The notes below the pieces were generated by a model. It worked only from the letters and a program-made list of their open reading frames with translations. It made no database searches and had not been told where the DNA came from. The position numbers were made by a program, and so were the translations under genes. Of a stretch of DNA of 55,954 nucleotides, positions 1 to 8,235 are shown one piece after another. The stretch covers positions 1 through 55,954 of IMG/VR virus record IMGVR_UViG_3300032047_000018. One strand, given 5' to 3'. Position 1 is the stretch's first letter, and each line of letters begins with the position of its first letter. The DNA is from a virus. Its lineage: Duplodnaviria > Caudoviricetes.

Positions 1-2
1 AC

Positions 3-434
3 AACTTCAGATCAGCCGAAGACATTCTTGAAGCAATTAAACCTTATCTCTTAGAGATGGGAGTAACAGTGAGAGTTGAGGAATCATTAATCGATAACGC
101 AGAGTTTCCGATTATACAATCCACAGCAACCATTACCGATGGTACTGATGCTATACGCGCAACAGCAGTTGTTGGCGTAGACCTCGGCCAGAAGGGTATG
201 GCTATGCCACAAAAGTTCGGCTCGGCCAGCTCGTACGGTAAAAAATATGCACTGGGAAATTTATTGTTGATAGATGACACGGCTGATGCTGATAGTACTA
301 ATACGTATGACAAAGATAGTTTAAAAGATCTAAGCAAAGCGCAGCAGTACATTAAGTCGGGTGGCACAATAGATGCAATTAAAAAGAAGTACAAACTTAC
401 GTCTGAACAAGAAAAGACGTTAACAACTCTTTAA
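3..434 (+). CDS. erf: ERF-family ssDNA annealing protein (5'-truncated by window)
   Basis: Frame is open from nt 3 (NFRSAEDILEAIKP). Carries the ERF-type motif QKFGSASSYGKKYAL and lies next to an exonuclease. Confidence 0.85.
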   Translation, partial: NFRSAEDILEAIKPYLLEMGVTVRVEESLIDNAEFPIIQSTATITDGTDAIRATAVVGVDLGQKGMAMPQKFGSASSYGKKYALGNLLLIDDTADADSTNTYDKDSLKDLSKAQQYIKSGGTIDAIKKKYKLTSEQEKTLTTL

Positions 435-1162
435 TGAATAAAGAAGCAATAAAAAAACTACGTGAAGATGAGCATTATTATGGAGATTTTGGTAAACAAT
501 TTCTAAGTAATAGTGACATCTCTACGTTGTTAAACAATCCTTTAGCGTATGGTAAACCTATGGAAATGCGGCCAGCTTTTTTAGTTGGTGGTTATTTTCA
601 CACTGCAATACTTGAGCCAGATAAGCTTAAGAAATACAAAGTGGTCGAAGCTACGACTAGAAATACTAAAGCGTATAAAGAGATTTCAGGCGGCGAGCTA
701 TGTTTGTTGCGGCATGAAGTGGATCAATTAGAAATAATGATCGATGCAATGCTAGCTAACGATGTTTGCAAAGGTTTAATACGAAGTGATAAAGCTGAAT
801 ATGAACAACCTGGAATTGGTGAAATATCTGGAGCTAATTGGAAAGGTAAAGCCGATATAGTTAATCATGACGAAAAACTAATTATTGATTTGAAAACTAC
901 AGCGGATATAAATAAATTTCGCTGGTCAGCTTCAAAATATAATTATGACAGTCAGGCTTACATTTATCAAAAGCTATTTGGCTATGAAATGGTATTCATT
1001 GCAATAGACAAGAAGACTAATCAAATTGGCATTTTCGATTGCTCACCACAATTCTTAGAGAAAGGAAAAGAAAAAGTTGAACAAGCTGTTGAAGCTTACA
1101 ATCTTTTCTATAAGAATTCGGATTTTGATCCACAACAATTTTTTATTAATCAAACACTTTAA
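434..1162 (+). CDS. PD-(D/E)XK exonuclease, RecE/exonuclease VIII-like
   Basis: Motifs GGYFHTAILEP, KGKADIV, IIDLKTT and YDSQAYIY. TAATG coupling to erf. Confidence 0.85.
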   Translation: MNKEAIKKLREDEHYYGDFGKQFLSNSDISTLLNNPLAYGKPMEMRPAFLVGGYFHTAILEPDKLKKYKVVEATTRNTKAYKEISGGELCLLRHEVDQLEIMIDAMLANDVCKGLIRSDKAEYEQPGIGEISGANWKGKADIVNHDEKLIIDLKTTADINKFRWSASKYNYDSQAYIYQKLFGYEMVFIAIDKKTNQIGIFDCSPQFLEKGKEKVEQAVEAYNLFYKNSDFDPQQFFINQTL

Positions 1163-1171
1163 TTTAATATT

Positions 1172-1351
1172 ATGGCAAGAACAAGAAAAAATCAAATGAA
1201 AATTTGTAGCGTAACAGGTTTAGAAACTAGTACAACTAATTTTTACAAGAATCAGAACCATGTTAAAGCCGTAGATAACCTGCGCAGGACAACTGGAGCA
1301 ACTAAAGATCAGTTGGCTAGAATGTTTAACCAAATTAATCAATACGCATAA
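1172..1351 (+). CDS. Small hypothetical protein (59 aa, not in ORF track)
   Basis: MARTRKNQMKICSVTG...QINQYA fills the gap exactly; its stop overlaps the next ATG (TAATG). Confidence 0.75.
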   Translation: MARTRKNQMKICSVTGLETSTTNFYKNQNHVKAVDNLRRTTGATKDQLARMFNQINQYA

Positions 1352-1665
1352 TGGCAAGTATTATTAAAACAAGTATTAACCTTAATGAAATCCCTAAAGA
1401 TAAAATATATCACGGGAAAAAAGGCAAGTACTTACCAGTTACTATCACTTTGAATGACGAGCTAGATCAGTTCGGAAATCAAGGCCCTGTAATTGTAGAG
1501 CAAACCAAGGAAGAAAGAGAGGCTAAAGTACAAAAGGTTTATCTTGGTAATGTTAAAGTAGTATGGACGAATGGAACCAATGTCGAAACAGCACCGAGAG
1601 ATAATCAATCTGCACCAGCAGCTCAACCTAAGAAAGAAGAAGTAGTAGACGATTTACCATTTTAA
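1351..1665 (+). CDS. Single-stranded DNA-binding protein (putative)
   Basis: Small beta-rich body, flexible linker and acidic C-terminal tip DDLPF. Lies between the recombination genes and the primase. Confidence 0.7.
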   Translation: MASIIKTSINLNEIPKDKIYHGKKGKYLPVTITLNDELDQFGNQGPVIVEQTKEEREAKVQKVYLGNVKVVWTNGTNVETAPRDNQSAPAAQPKKEEVVDDLPF

Positions 1666-1678
1666 ATACGATTAATAC

Positions 1679-3406
1679 ATGCAGACAACGGAGATCAATG
1701 GATTCTTGATTGATGAGTTCAATCAATATGGTCTAGAAGAAGGGAAGAAGCAAGGCACATGCCCGCTTTGTTCTCACACTAGACAACCCAAAAATCAGAA
1801 AGCAAAATGTGCTTCTTACGATTGGGAACGGGGTCTCGGTACATGTCACAATTGTAATTCTTCTTTTCAGTTACACACTTATCAACGTAAAGGCGCAAGC
1901 GAAAAAGAATACGTAAGACCTACACCTCCAGACCCAGAATATCCGGGTAGAGATTACGGGTTAGATGATAAAGTAACTGAATGGTTTAAAACAAGAGGTA
2001 TATCACCAGAGACCTTGCTTGATCTAAAAGTTGGGCAAGGCTCTGAGTATATGCCACAAACCGGCAAGTCCGAGAACACAATAAAGTTCAATTATTTCAT
2101 GGGCGATCAACTTATTAATGTTAAGTATCGCGATGGAAGAAAGAACTTTAAATTATATAAGGGTGCTGAAAAAGTATTCTATAATATAAATAGCATAGTA
2201 GGTTATGAATATTGTATTATAACCGAAGGCGAAATGGATGTGTTAGCTTTACATGAGGCGGGTATACCTAATAGTATATCAGTTCCTAACGGAGCAACAC
2301 TTAATAGTAACAACTTAGATTATTTAGACAATTGTATAGATTATTTCGAAGACAAAGAAAAAGTTATTTTAGCAGTCGATTCAGACGAAGCTGGACAAGC
2401 ACTGCAACAGGAACTTGTTAGAAGACTTGGAGCAGAGGTTTGCTATTTAGCCACCTTCGATGATTGCAAAGACGCTAATGAGTATTTAATAAAGTATGGC
2501 AAAGAAAAACTTTCGCAAAGAATTACACAAGCAAGACCCGTACCTCTTGAGAATGTTACTACGTTCCGAGATATTGAGGATGAGGTTACTGACTTTGTTC
2601 GTAATGGCTTTAAGAAAGGATATCAAGTTGGCTTATCCAATTTTGATGACATATTTAGTACTTATACCGGCCAATTCATTACTGTCACTGGCATACCTAG
2701 TTCCGGTAAATCTGACTTCGTTGACCAAATGGTTGTCGGATATAATCGTAACTACAACTGGCGAACGGCTTTTGCGTCACCAGAAAACGCGCCTACGTAT
2801 TTACACGCTCACAAGCTAATGCGTAAAACGTGGGAAGGAATGCCTACGTCAGATGATATACATACAGATAAATGGAATACAGTAGCGGATCACGTTAATG
2901 ATAATTATTTCTTTATTGATATGGAGCGTTACACATTAGAATCTGTATTGCGTAAAGGTGCTGAGCTTGTTAAGCGTAAAGGAATTAAATGTTTAGTCAT
3001 TGATCCGTTTAATAAGATTAGAGATGTAGATTGCAAGACTGAAGATGTTAATAGATACACTATGGAGTATCTAACCAAGATTGAAATGTTTGCTAAAAAA
3101 TATGATGTACTAGTATTTATTGTAGCTCACCCTACTAAGATGTATAAAGGCAGTGATGGTCAAATTGAAGAGCCAACAATGTATAACATTAAAGGTGGTG
3201 GCGAATGGTATGATGCTAGTTATCACGGCATATTAGTTCATAGAAACTATGAAGAAAAAACCGTTAAAGCAAAAGTTCTTAAAGTTAAGTTTCAAAATCT
3301 TGGCGAGAACGGAGCTGAAGCACATTTTAAATGGGAACATAAGTCGGGATGCTTTATACCACATGAACAAATGAAAATAGCAGATGAGGCTATGCCTTGG
3401 GAATAA
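1679..3406 (+). CDS. DNA primase-helicase (T7 gp4/Twinkle-like)
   Basis: Zn finger CPLC...CHNC, TOPRIM motifs TEGEMD and DSDEAG, SF4 helicase Walker A GIPSSGKS, plus VIDP and VAHP. Confidence 0.93.
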   Translation: MQTTEINGFLIDEFNQYGLEEGKKQGTCPLCSHTRQPKNQKAKCASYDWERGLGTCHNCNSSFQLHTYQRKGASEKEYVRPTPPDPEYPGRDYGLDDKVTEWFKTRGISPETLLDLKVGQGSEYMPQTGKSENTIKFNYFMGDQLINVKYRDGRKNFKLYKGAEKVFYNINSIVGYEYCIITEGEMDVLALHEAGIPNSISVPNGATLNSNNLDYLDNCIDYFEDKEKVILAVDSDEAGQALQQELVRRLGAEVCYLATFDDCKDANEYLIKYGKEKLSQRITQARPVPLENVTTFRDIEDEVTDFVRNGFKKGYQVGLSNFDDIFSTYTGQFITVTGIPSSGKSDFVDQMVVGYNRNYNWRTAFASPENAPTYLHAHKLMRKTWEGMPTSDDIHTDKWNTVADHVNDNYFFIDMERYTLESVLRKGAELVKRKGIKCLVIDPFNKIRDVDCKTEDVNRYTMEYLTKIEMFAKKYDVLVFIVAHPTKMYKGSDGQIEEPTMYNIKGGGEWYDASYHGILVHRNYEEKTVKAKVLKVKFQNLGENGAEAHFKWEHKSGCFIPHEQMKIADEAMPWE

Positions 3407-3684
3407 TGAAAAGCTTATATAGAAAAAAGAAAAACCACGCCTTACCATCCTATCTTCCAAACCAAGAAGAACAAAAGTGGTATAGATATTGTGTGCATAA
3501 CAATATAAGAATATCACCCTGGGGTATATTTAATGATCCTGATAACTGGTATATAAATATAAATATAGGGCCATATAAACGTGGTGAGAAACAAAACCTT
3601 TCACCAGAACCCTACGATAGAAAACAAATATGGAATAAATATTACGAATACTGTAAATATTATTATGATAAACGTAAACAATGA
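3406..3684 (+). CDS. Hypothetical protein
   Basis: ATG at 3406 is coupled to the helicase stop (TAATG). 92 aa, aromatic-rich. Confidence 0.7.
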   Translation: MKSLYRKKKNHALPSYLPNQEEQKWYRYCVHNNIRISPWGIFNDPDNWYININIGPYKRGEKQNLSPEPYDRKQIWNKYYEYCKYYYDKRKQ

Positions 3685-4492
3685 ATACAAACAACTCGTC
3701 GGTGGAATCCTTTACGGAGGCACTGATAAACAAGACCGAACTGGAACTGGGACGCTCTCTGTTTTTGGCAGAACGATTGAGCATAACATGCAACATTCAT
3801 TCCCTATACTTACAGCTAAACGAGTATCATTTAATGCAGCTAGGACTGAGCTCCTTTGGATCCTCAACGGACGCACAGACTTAAAGTATTTAGAAGATAA
3901 CGGTGTTAAGTATTGGCGACCAGATTATGAACGCTCTGGCCGAACTGATGAAACGCTTGGCCCAGTATACGGAAAGCAATGGCGAAACTTTAATGGTGTA
4001 GATCAACTGCATAAGCTAGTAAATGCTATACGTAATAATCCGCATAGTCGCAGATTATACGTTTCAGCTTGGAACCCGGCCGAGATGCCGGATATGGTAT
4101 TACCGCCATGTCATTATGGCTTTCAAGTTTACATTAACGACGGCTTTATGGACTTAGCTTGGCAACAACGATCGGCTGATGTTTTTCTTGGCCTGCCGTA
4201 CGATATTACAATGTATGGCTTATTACTTAGTTTATTGGCTAAAGGCGCTAATTTAACGCCCAGAAAGCTTATAGGCCAGCTTGGAGACTGTCATCTATAT
4301 AAAAATCATTTGGATCAAGCAGATGAATATTTAAATAGACCTAGCGTTGTTGCTAAACCCATAATTAAAATAAGCAATGGTATACATATAGATAACTATG
4401 GTGATTTATTTATACCTGGTAAAAACGATATAGAATTAATAAACTATAAACCCTTACCTGCTATTAAAGCAGAGTTAAGTGTTGGTAACTAA
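3665..4492 (+). CDS. thyA: Thymidylate synthase-family enzyme with Asp at the pyrimidine-specificity position (possible dCMP methylase)
   Basis: Motifs DRTGTGT, ELLW, GPVYGKQWR, SRR, PPCH, QRSADVFLGLPYD and GDCHLY. Likely start is ATG 3665 (MINVNNEYKQL). Confidence 0.92.
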   Translation: MINVNNEYKQLVGGILYGGTDKQDRTGTGTLSVFGRTIEHNMQHSFPILTAKRVSFNAARTELLWILNGRTDLKYLEDNGVKYWRPDYERSGRTDETLGPVYGKQWRNFNGVDQLHKLVNAIRNNPHSRRLYVSAWNPAEMPDMVLPPCHYGFQVYINDGFMDLAWQQRSADVFLGLPYDITMYGLLLSLLAKGANLTPRKLIGQLGDCHLYKNHLDQADEYLNRPSVVAKPIIKISNGIHIDNYGDLFIPGKNDIELINYKPLPAIKAELSVGN

Positions 4493-4500
4493 AAATAAAT

Positions 4501-5283
4501 ATGTACAACATTTATCACATTCCTGGTCAAAAAATCGGAGTTACACGTAATCTTAATAAAAGGGTTACGGAGGAACAAGGTTTCAGTCCAGACGAATACG
4601 AAGTTTTATTTACGAGTGAAGATATCGATGAGGTATCAGCGAAGGAAATAGAACTTCAACAGTCTTATGGCTATAGAGTAGATAGAAAATTATATAAACA
4701 ATTATTTAATAAAATGAAAATAAACCCAACAACTCAAACGAGTACATTTCCATGTCCGGTTAATAAACTTAAAGGACAACTTATGGATAACATAGGTTTT
4801 AAATGGAAAACACCACAAGGTTATAATTTTGAGATAACACATGAAACTATACCTTGGATCATGGCTAACGTGAGAGAGTCTATGTACGACTCTAACAGAA
4901 GTTATGTTTATAACAAAGCTTTTTACGAAGCATTTTATAATCCAAAACATAACCCTGATAAAGAAATTTGCGTAGCTAACAATTTAGATTGTGAAAGATT
5001 TGATCTAATACGAACTTGGGCGGCAGAACGAGGCATATACGATTCTGGCCATAAACATACACAGTATGTAAAACTTCAAGAAGAAGCTGGTGAACTAGCT
5101 AAAGCATTATTGGAAAATGATAAACCTGAAATTCAAGATGCTATTGGAGATATAGTTGTAGTATTAACTAATCTTGCACATTTAGAAGGATTAAGTATAG
5201 AAGATTGTATTGATGCAGCATATGCTGAAATAGTTGGTCGAACTGGTTCTATGGTTAATGGAACATTTGTAAAAGATAAATAA
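4501..5283 (+). CDS. mazG: Fusion of GIY-YIG-like N-terminal domain, unknown middle domain and MazG-like NTP pyrophosphohydrolase
   Basis: C-terminal KLQEEAGELAKA...DAIGDIVVVL is the MazG EExxE...D pattern. N-terminus is YNIYHIPGQKIGVTRNLNKR...KEIELQ. Confidence 0.8.
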   Translation: MYNIYHIPGQKIGVTRNLNKRVTEEQGFSPDEYEVLFTSEDIDEVSAKEIELQQSYGYRVDRKLYKQLFNKMKINPTTQTSTFPCPVNKLKGQLMDNIGFKWKTPQGYNFEITHETIPWIMANVRESMYDSNRSYVYNKAFYEAFYNPKHNPDKEICVANNLDCERFDLIRTWAAERGIYDSGHKHTQYVKLQEEAGELAKALLENDKPEIQDAIGDIVVVLTNLAHLEGLSIEDCIDAAYAEIVGRTGSMVNGTFVKDK

Positions 5284-5555
5284 TGAGAGATAAAATAATC
5301 GAGCAAGTTATTAATAAGATTAAGAAACGCTCAGATGTAGGCTATAAAAAATATGGCGTTACATTACAAGAAGACGATCAGTCATTAGAAATATGGCTAA
5401 CACATATCCAAGAAGAATTAATGGATGCTGTTAATTATATTGAAAAAGCAAAGGCTGTATTGTGCGATGAAATTGAAGAATGTATGCTTAAAAGAGCTAA
5501 CGAATTCAATGACAATATCTCAAACATCGATGTAAATGAGGAAGAGATATTATAA
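5283..5555 (+). CDS. Small all-alpha NTP-pyrophosphatase-like phage protein
   Basis: GYKKYG...WLTHIQEELMDAVNY with an EExxD acidic helix; coupled to mazG. Confidence 0.6.
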   Translation: MRDKIIEQVINKIKKRSDVGYKKYGVTLQEDDQSLEIWLTHIQEELMDAVNYIEKAKAVLCDEIEECMLKRANEFNDNISNIDVNEEEIL

Positions 5556-5991
5556 GAAAAAAAAGAGAGGTCCTGTTGTAAGTAAAAAAGTTACTTATGA
5601 CGGGATCAACTTTGCTTCTGGCCTTGAGCGATATATGTATATGGCTTTAAAAAAAGCTAAGGTTAGAGCTAAGTATGAAGGCGAGACGTTTGTTCTGCTA
5701 AATGGTTTTCATTTTGAAAACGAAGTTTATGAAAGACAATCTAATGGAAAAGGTGATTATAAAAATAGAGGCTGTAAGAGAATCTTACCTATTAAATATA
5801 CTCCTGATTTTATTGGTGATGATTTTATAATTGAAACTAAAGGTAGAGCAAACGAATCCTTCCCGATGCGATGGAAGTTATTTAAACAATTAGTTATGAA
5901 ACAATTTCCTAGTGTTACATTATATAAACCACAAAATCAAAAAGAATGCGACGAAACAATAAGCTTGATCCTGGACAAGAGAAAAGGATAG
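5536..5991 (+). CDS. T7 endonuclease I-like PD-(D/E)XK nuclease / Holliday junction resolvase
   Basis: Motifs FASGLE, YTPDF and IIETKG. Confidence 0.8.
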   Translation: MRKRYYKKKKRGPVVSKKVTYDGINFASGLERYMYMALKKAKVRAKYEGETFVLLNGFHFENEVYERQSNGKGDYKNRGCKRILPIKYTPDFIGDDFIIETKGRANESFPMRWKLFKQLVMKQFPSVTLYKPQNQKECDETISLILDKRKG

Positions 5992-6119
5992 CTAGACAAA
6001 AGTACGCTGAAAGGCAGATTGATAAGTGGGTTAAATGGAGCTGGGAAGTTAAAGGATATATTAAATTTAAAGACTTAGTTAACATACAAGAACGATACAA
6101 TATAAAAGTATATGGCTAA
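5946..6119 (+). CDS. Small hypothetical protein (57 aa, not in ORF track)
   Basis: MRRNNKLDPGQEKRIARQKYAERQIDKWVKWSW...KVYG fills the gap in an otherwise contiguous operon. Confidence 0.6.
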   Translation: MRRNNKLDPGQEKRIARQKYAERQIDKWVKWSWEVKGYIKFKDLVNIQERYNIKVYG

Positions 6120-6267
6120 AAAGAAAAAAGAAGAACGAGGCTGGGCCTTGTCTATAGGATTTTATCCTGGTATTTTAATCGGGATGAGAAGTTACGTAGA
6201 GACTGATTTTACTACGCACGTATTATATTTACCGCTAGTTGATCTAGCATTAGAAGTTGATAATTAA
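6112..6267 (+). CDS. Small hypothetical protein (51 aa, not in ORF track)
   Basis: MAKKKKEERGWALSIGFYPGILIGMRSY...LALEVDN; its stop overlaps the nrdB ATG (TAATG). Confidence 0.7.
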   Translation: MAKKKKEERGWALSIGFYPGILIGMRSYVETDFTTHVLYLPLVDLALEVDN

Positions 6268-7244
6268 TGGCAGCACCAATTTTTACAGAACGAATACCAT
6301 ACAAACCTTTTGAATATCCTGAGTATTATACAGAAGGCTGGTTAAAACAAGCTCAGGCATTTTGGTTACACACGGAAATACCTATGTCCGGTGATGTAAA
6401 AGACTGGAATGAAAAAATGACACCAGAAGAAAAGAATTTGGTAGGTAACATATTATTAGGTTTTGCACAAACAGAATGTGCAGTGTCGGATTACTGGACA
6501 CAAAAAGTCGTATCGTGGTTTCCTAAACATGAGATACAGCAAATGGCTATGATGTTCGGCTCGCAGGAAACAATACATGCTGTAGCTTATAGTTATTTAA
6601 ATGAAACACTTGGGCTTGAAGATTACGAGGCATTTTTACATGAACCAGCTACGGCTGCTCGTTTTGACAATCTCGTTGCATATGATGGCAATGATCCCGT
6701 GGGTATCGGAAAGTCATTGGCTGTTTTTTCTGCTTTCGCAGAAGGAGTATCTTTATATAGTGCTTTTGCAGTTCTTTATTCTTTTCAAATGCGTAATCTT
6801 CTTAAAGGTATTGGACAGCAAATGAAATGGTCTGTAAGAGATGAATCATTGCACAGCAAAATGGGTTGTCAATTGTTTAGACAAATGTGTTCACAAATAC
6901 CAGGATTAAAAGAAGAATGTAAAGCACACATATATGAAGCTGCTGTAACTATGCACAACGCGGAAATGACTTATATAAGTAAGCTATTTGAAATGGGAGA
7001 CATAGAGGGTATAAAAGAATATGATCTTAAACAATTTATTAAAAAACGTACAAATGATAAACTCAAAGAACTCGGCTACAACCCAACAGGATCAGACGAA
7101 TTCGGCTATGACCAAAAAGGAGTGGATGCTCTTTCTTGGTTCTATCATCTTACCGGCGGGCATACTCATACTGACTTTTTCGCGGTTAGGCCGACAGATT
7201 ATTCGAAAGCTAATGAAGGCGAAGACTTCGAAGACATCTGGTAA
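6267..7244 (+). CDS. nrdB: Class I ribonucleotide reductase beta subunit
   Basis: Motifs YKPFEYP, FW.HTE, ETIHAVAY, AEGVSLYSAF, RDESLH and C-terminal DFF...Y. Confidence 0.95.
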   Translation: MAAPIFTERIPYKPFEYPEYYTEGWLKQAQAFWLHTEIPMSGDVKDWNEKMTPEEKNLVGNILLGFAQTECAVSDYWTQKVVSWFPKHEIQQMAMMFGSQETIHAVAYSYLNETLGLEDYEAFLHEPATAARFDNLVAYDGNDPVGIGKSLAVFSAFAEGVSLYSAFAVLYSFQMRNLLKGIGQQMKWSVRDESLHSKMGCQLFRQMCSQIPGLKEECKAHIYEAAVTMHNAEMTYISKLFEMGDIEGIKEYDLKQFIKKRTNDKLKELGYNPTGSDEFGYDQKGVDALSWFYHLTGGHTHTDFFAVRPTDYSKANEGEDFEDIW

Positions 7245-7289
7245 CTGGGTAGAAATAACAGAAGAAGATATAATAAAAGATTTAATTAA

Positions 7290-7526
7290 ATGAAAGAATC
7301 AACATTAGTAAATATGAAACACGACATAGGCTCTGTGTTGGGTGGATTACAAAATACTATAAAAGAATTAGTAAGAATTAATACTTTGCAACAAGGCATG
7401 CTAGAAACAATTAAAAGAATGCCTGGCTACCAAGAAGCTATTGATAAACTATTAGACGAGCAGAGGGAAGAAGATGCTGTTAAGCAAGTTGCTGATATGG
7501 TAGAAAAAGAAATTGAAAATGAATAA
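7290..7526 (+). CDS. Hypothetical helical protein
   Basis: 78-aa ORF with an A-rich start context (TTTAATTAAATG); overlaps the next gene. Confidence 0.7.
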   Translation: MKESTLVNMKHDIGSVLGGLQNTIKELVRINTLQQGMLETIKRMPGYQEAIDKLLDEQREEDAVKQVADMVEKEIENE

Positions 7527-7821
7527 ATTTTTATGTTCAGGATGTGGAGCTTGTTGCTTCATGGCTGTAGACAAAGGCTTGATGCCAGACAGAGGCGATG
7601 GTGGTTGCGTAAACTTAGATGACGATATGTCGTGCAAGATATACGAAACCCGTCCTTGGTTTTGCAGAGTTGACGAATTGTTTACACGTATAAAGAAACA
7701 CAAACCACATCTTGATCAAAAAAAATGGAATATATGGAATACAAAACAATGCCATAAAATGATTGACGATAAGGGTTTTGATTCAAAATATAAAATAGAT
7801 TTAAATGAGTACGAGATATAA
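7519..7821 (+). CDS. YkgJ-like CxxCxxCC cysteine-cluster (Fe-S/Zn) protein
   Basis: Cys pattern CSGCGACC...CVNL...CKIYETRPWFCR...C. Confidence 0.85.
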   Translation: MNKFLCSGCGACCFMAVDKGLMPDRGDGGCVNLDDDMSCKIYETRPWFCRVDELFTRIKKHKPHLDQKKWNIWNTKQCHKMIDDKGFDSKYKIDLNEYEI

Positions 7822-8068
7822 ATTTTTAAAGCTTTTAGTTAAACAAAGAAAGCTTTTACCTATTGAAAGATTATCTAATAGGCTAGGATATATGGGTGCA
7901 GGATTTATGATGACAGCTCCTCATTTACTGCCTTCTAAAACAGGTATTGTAATATACATACTAGCAGGTTTGTTTTGTATACCGCAAGTTTGGGTTGCAA
8001 AGCAATGGAATTTAGTATTAATAAACTTAAATGTAATAATTGCATACGCGATATTATTTTCAAAGTGA
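7805..8068 (+). CDS. Small membrane protein, about 3 TM helices
   Basis: Basic N-terminus followed by three hydrophobic segments; contains IPQVW. Confidence 0.7.
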   Translation: MSTRYKFLKLLVKQRKLLPIERLSNRLGYMGAGFMMTAPHLLPSKTGIVIYILAGLFCIPQVWVAKQWNLVLINLNVIIAYAILFSK

Positions 8069-8235
8069 AAAAGAATATAATTAAATGTAGTCAATGCGAC
8101 GCAGAGTTTCCTCACGGCCATGCTTATAGAATGCATTGGGAGGAAGCCCACTTAGACGACGCGATAGAATACGCAAAAAAACACGGAAAAACTTATGTGG
8201 AACAAAGAGTGGAAAAAAGGTATAGATTACCCTAG
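8065..8235 (+). CDS. Small C2H2 zinc-finger protein
   Basis: GTG start overlaps the upstream TGA (GTGA). Sequence CSQC-x12-H-x4-H. Confidence 0.65.
   Translation: MKKNIIKCSQCDAEFPHGHAYRMHWEEAHLDDAIEYAKKHGKTYVEQRVEKRYRLP

Noticed and set aside
2496-2819. 107-aa alternative-frame ORF in the primase-helicase
   Set aside because: Lies in a conserved gene and has no independent features.
3581-3664. N-terminal extension of the thymidylate synthase in the ORF track
   Set aside because: Overlaps the upstream gene; family similarity starts near Met 3665.
7021-7293. 90-aa ORF overlapping the end of nrdB
   Set aside because: Mostly an alternative frame of nrdB with no motif support.
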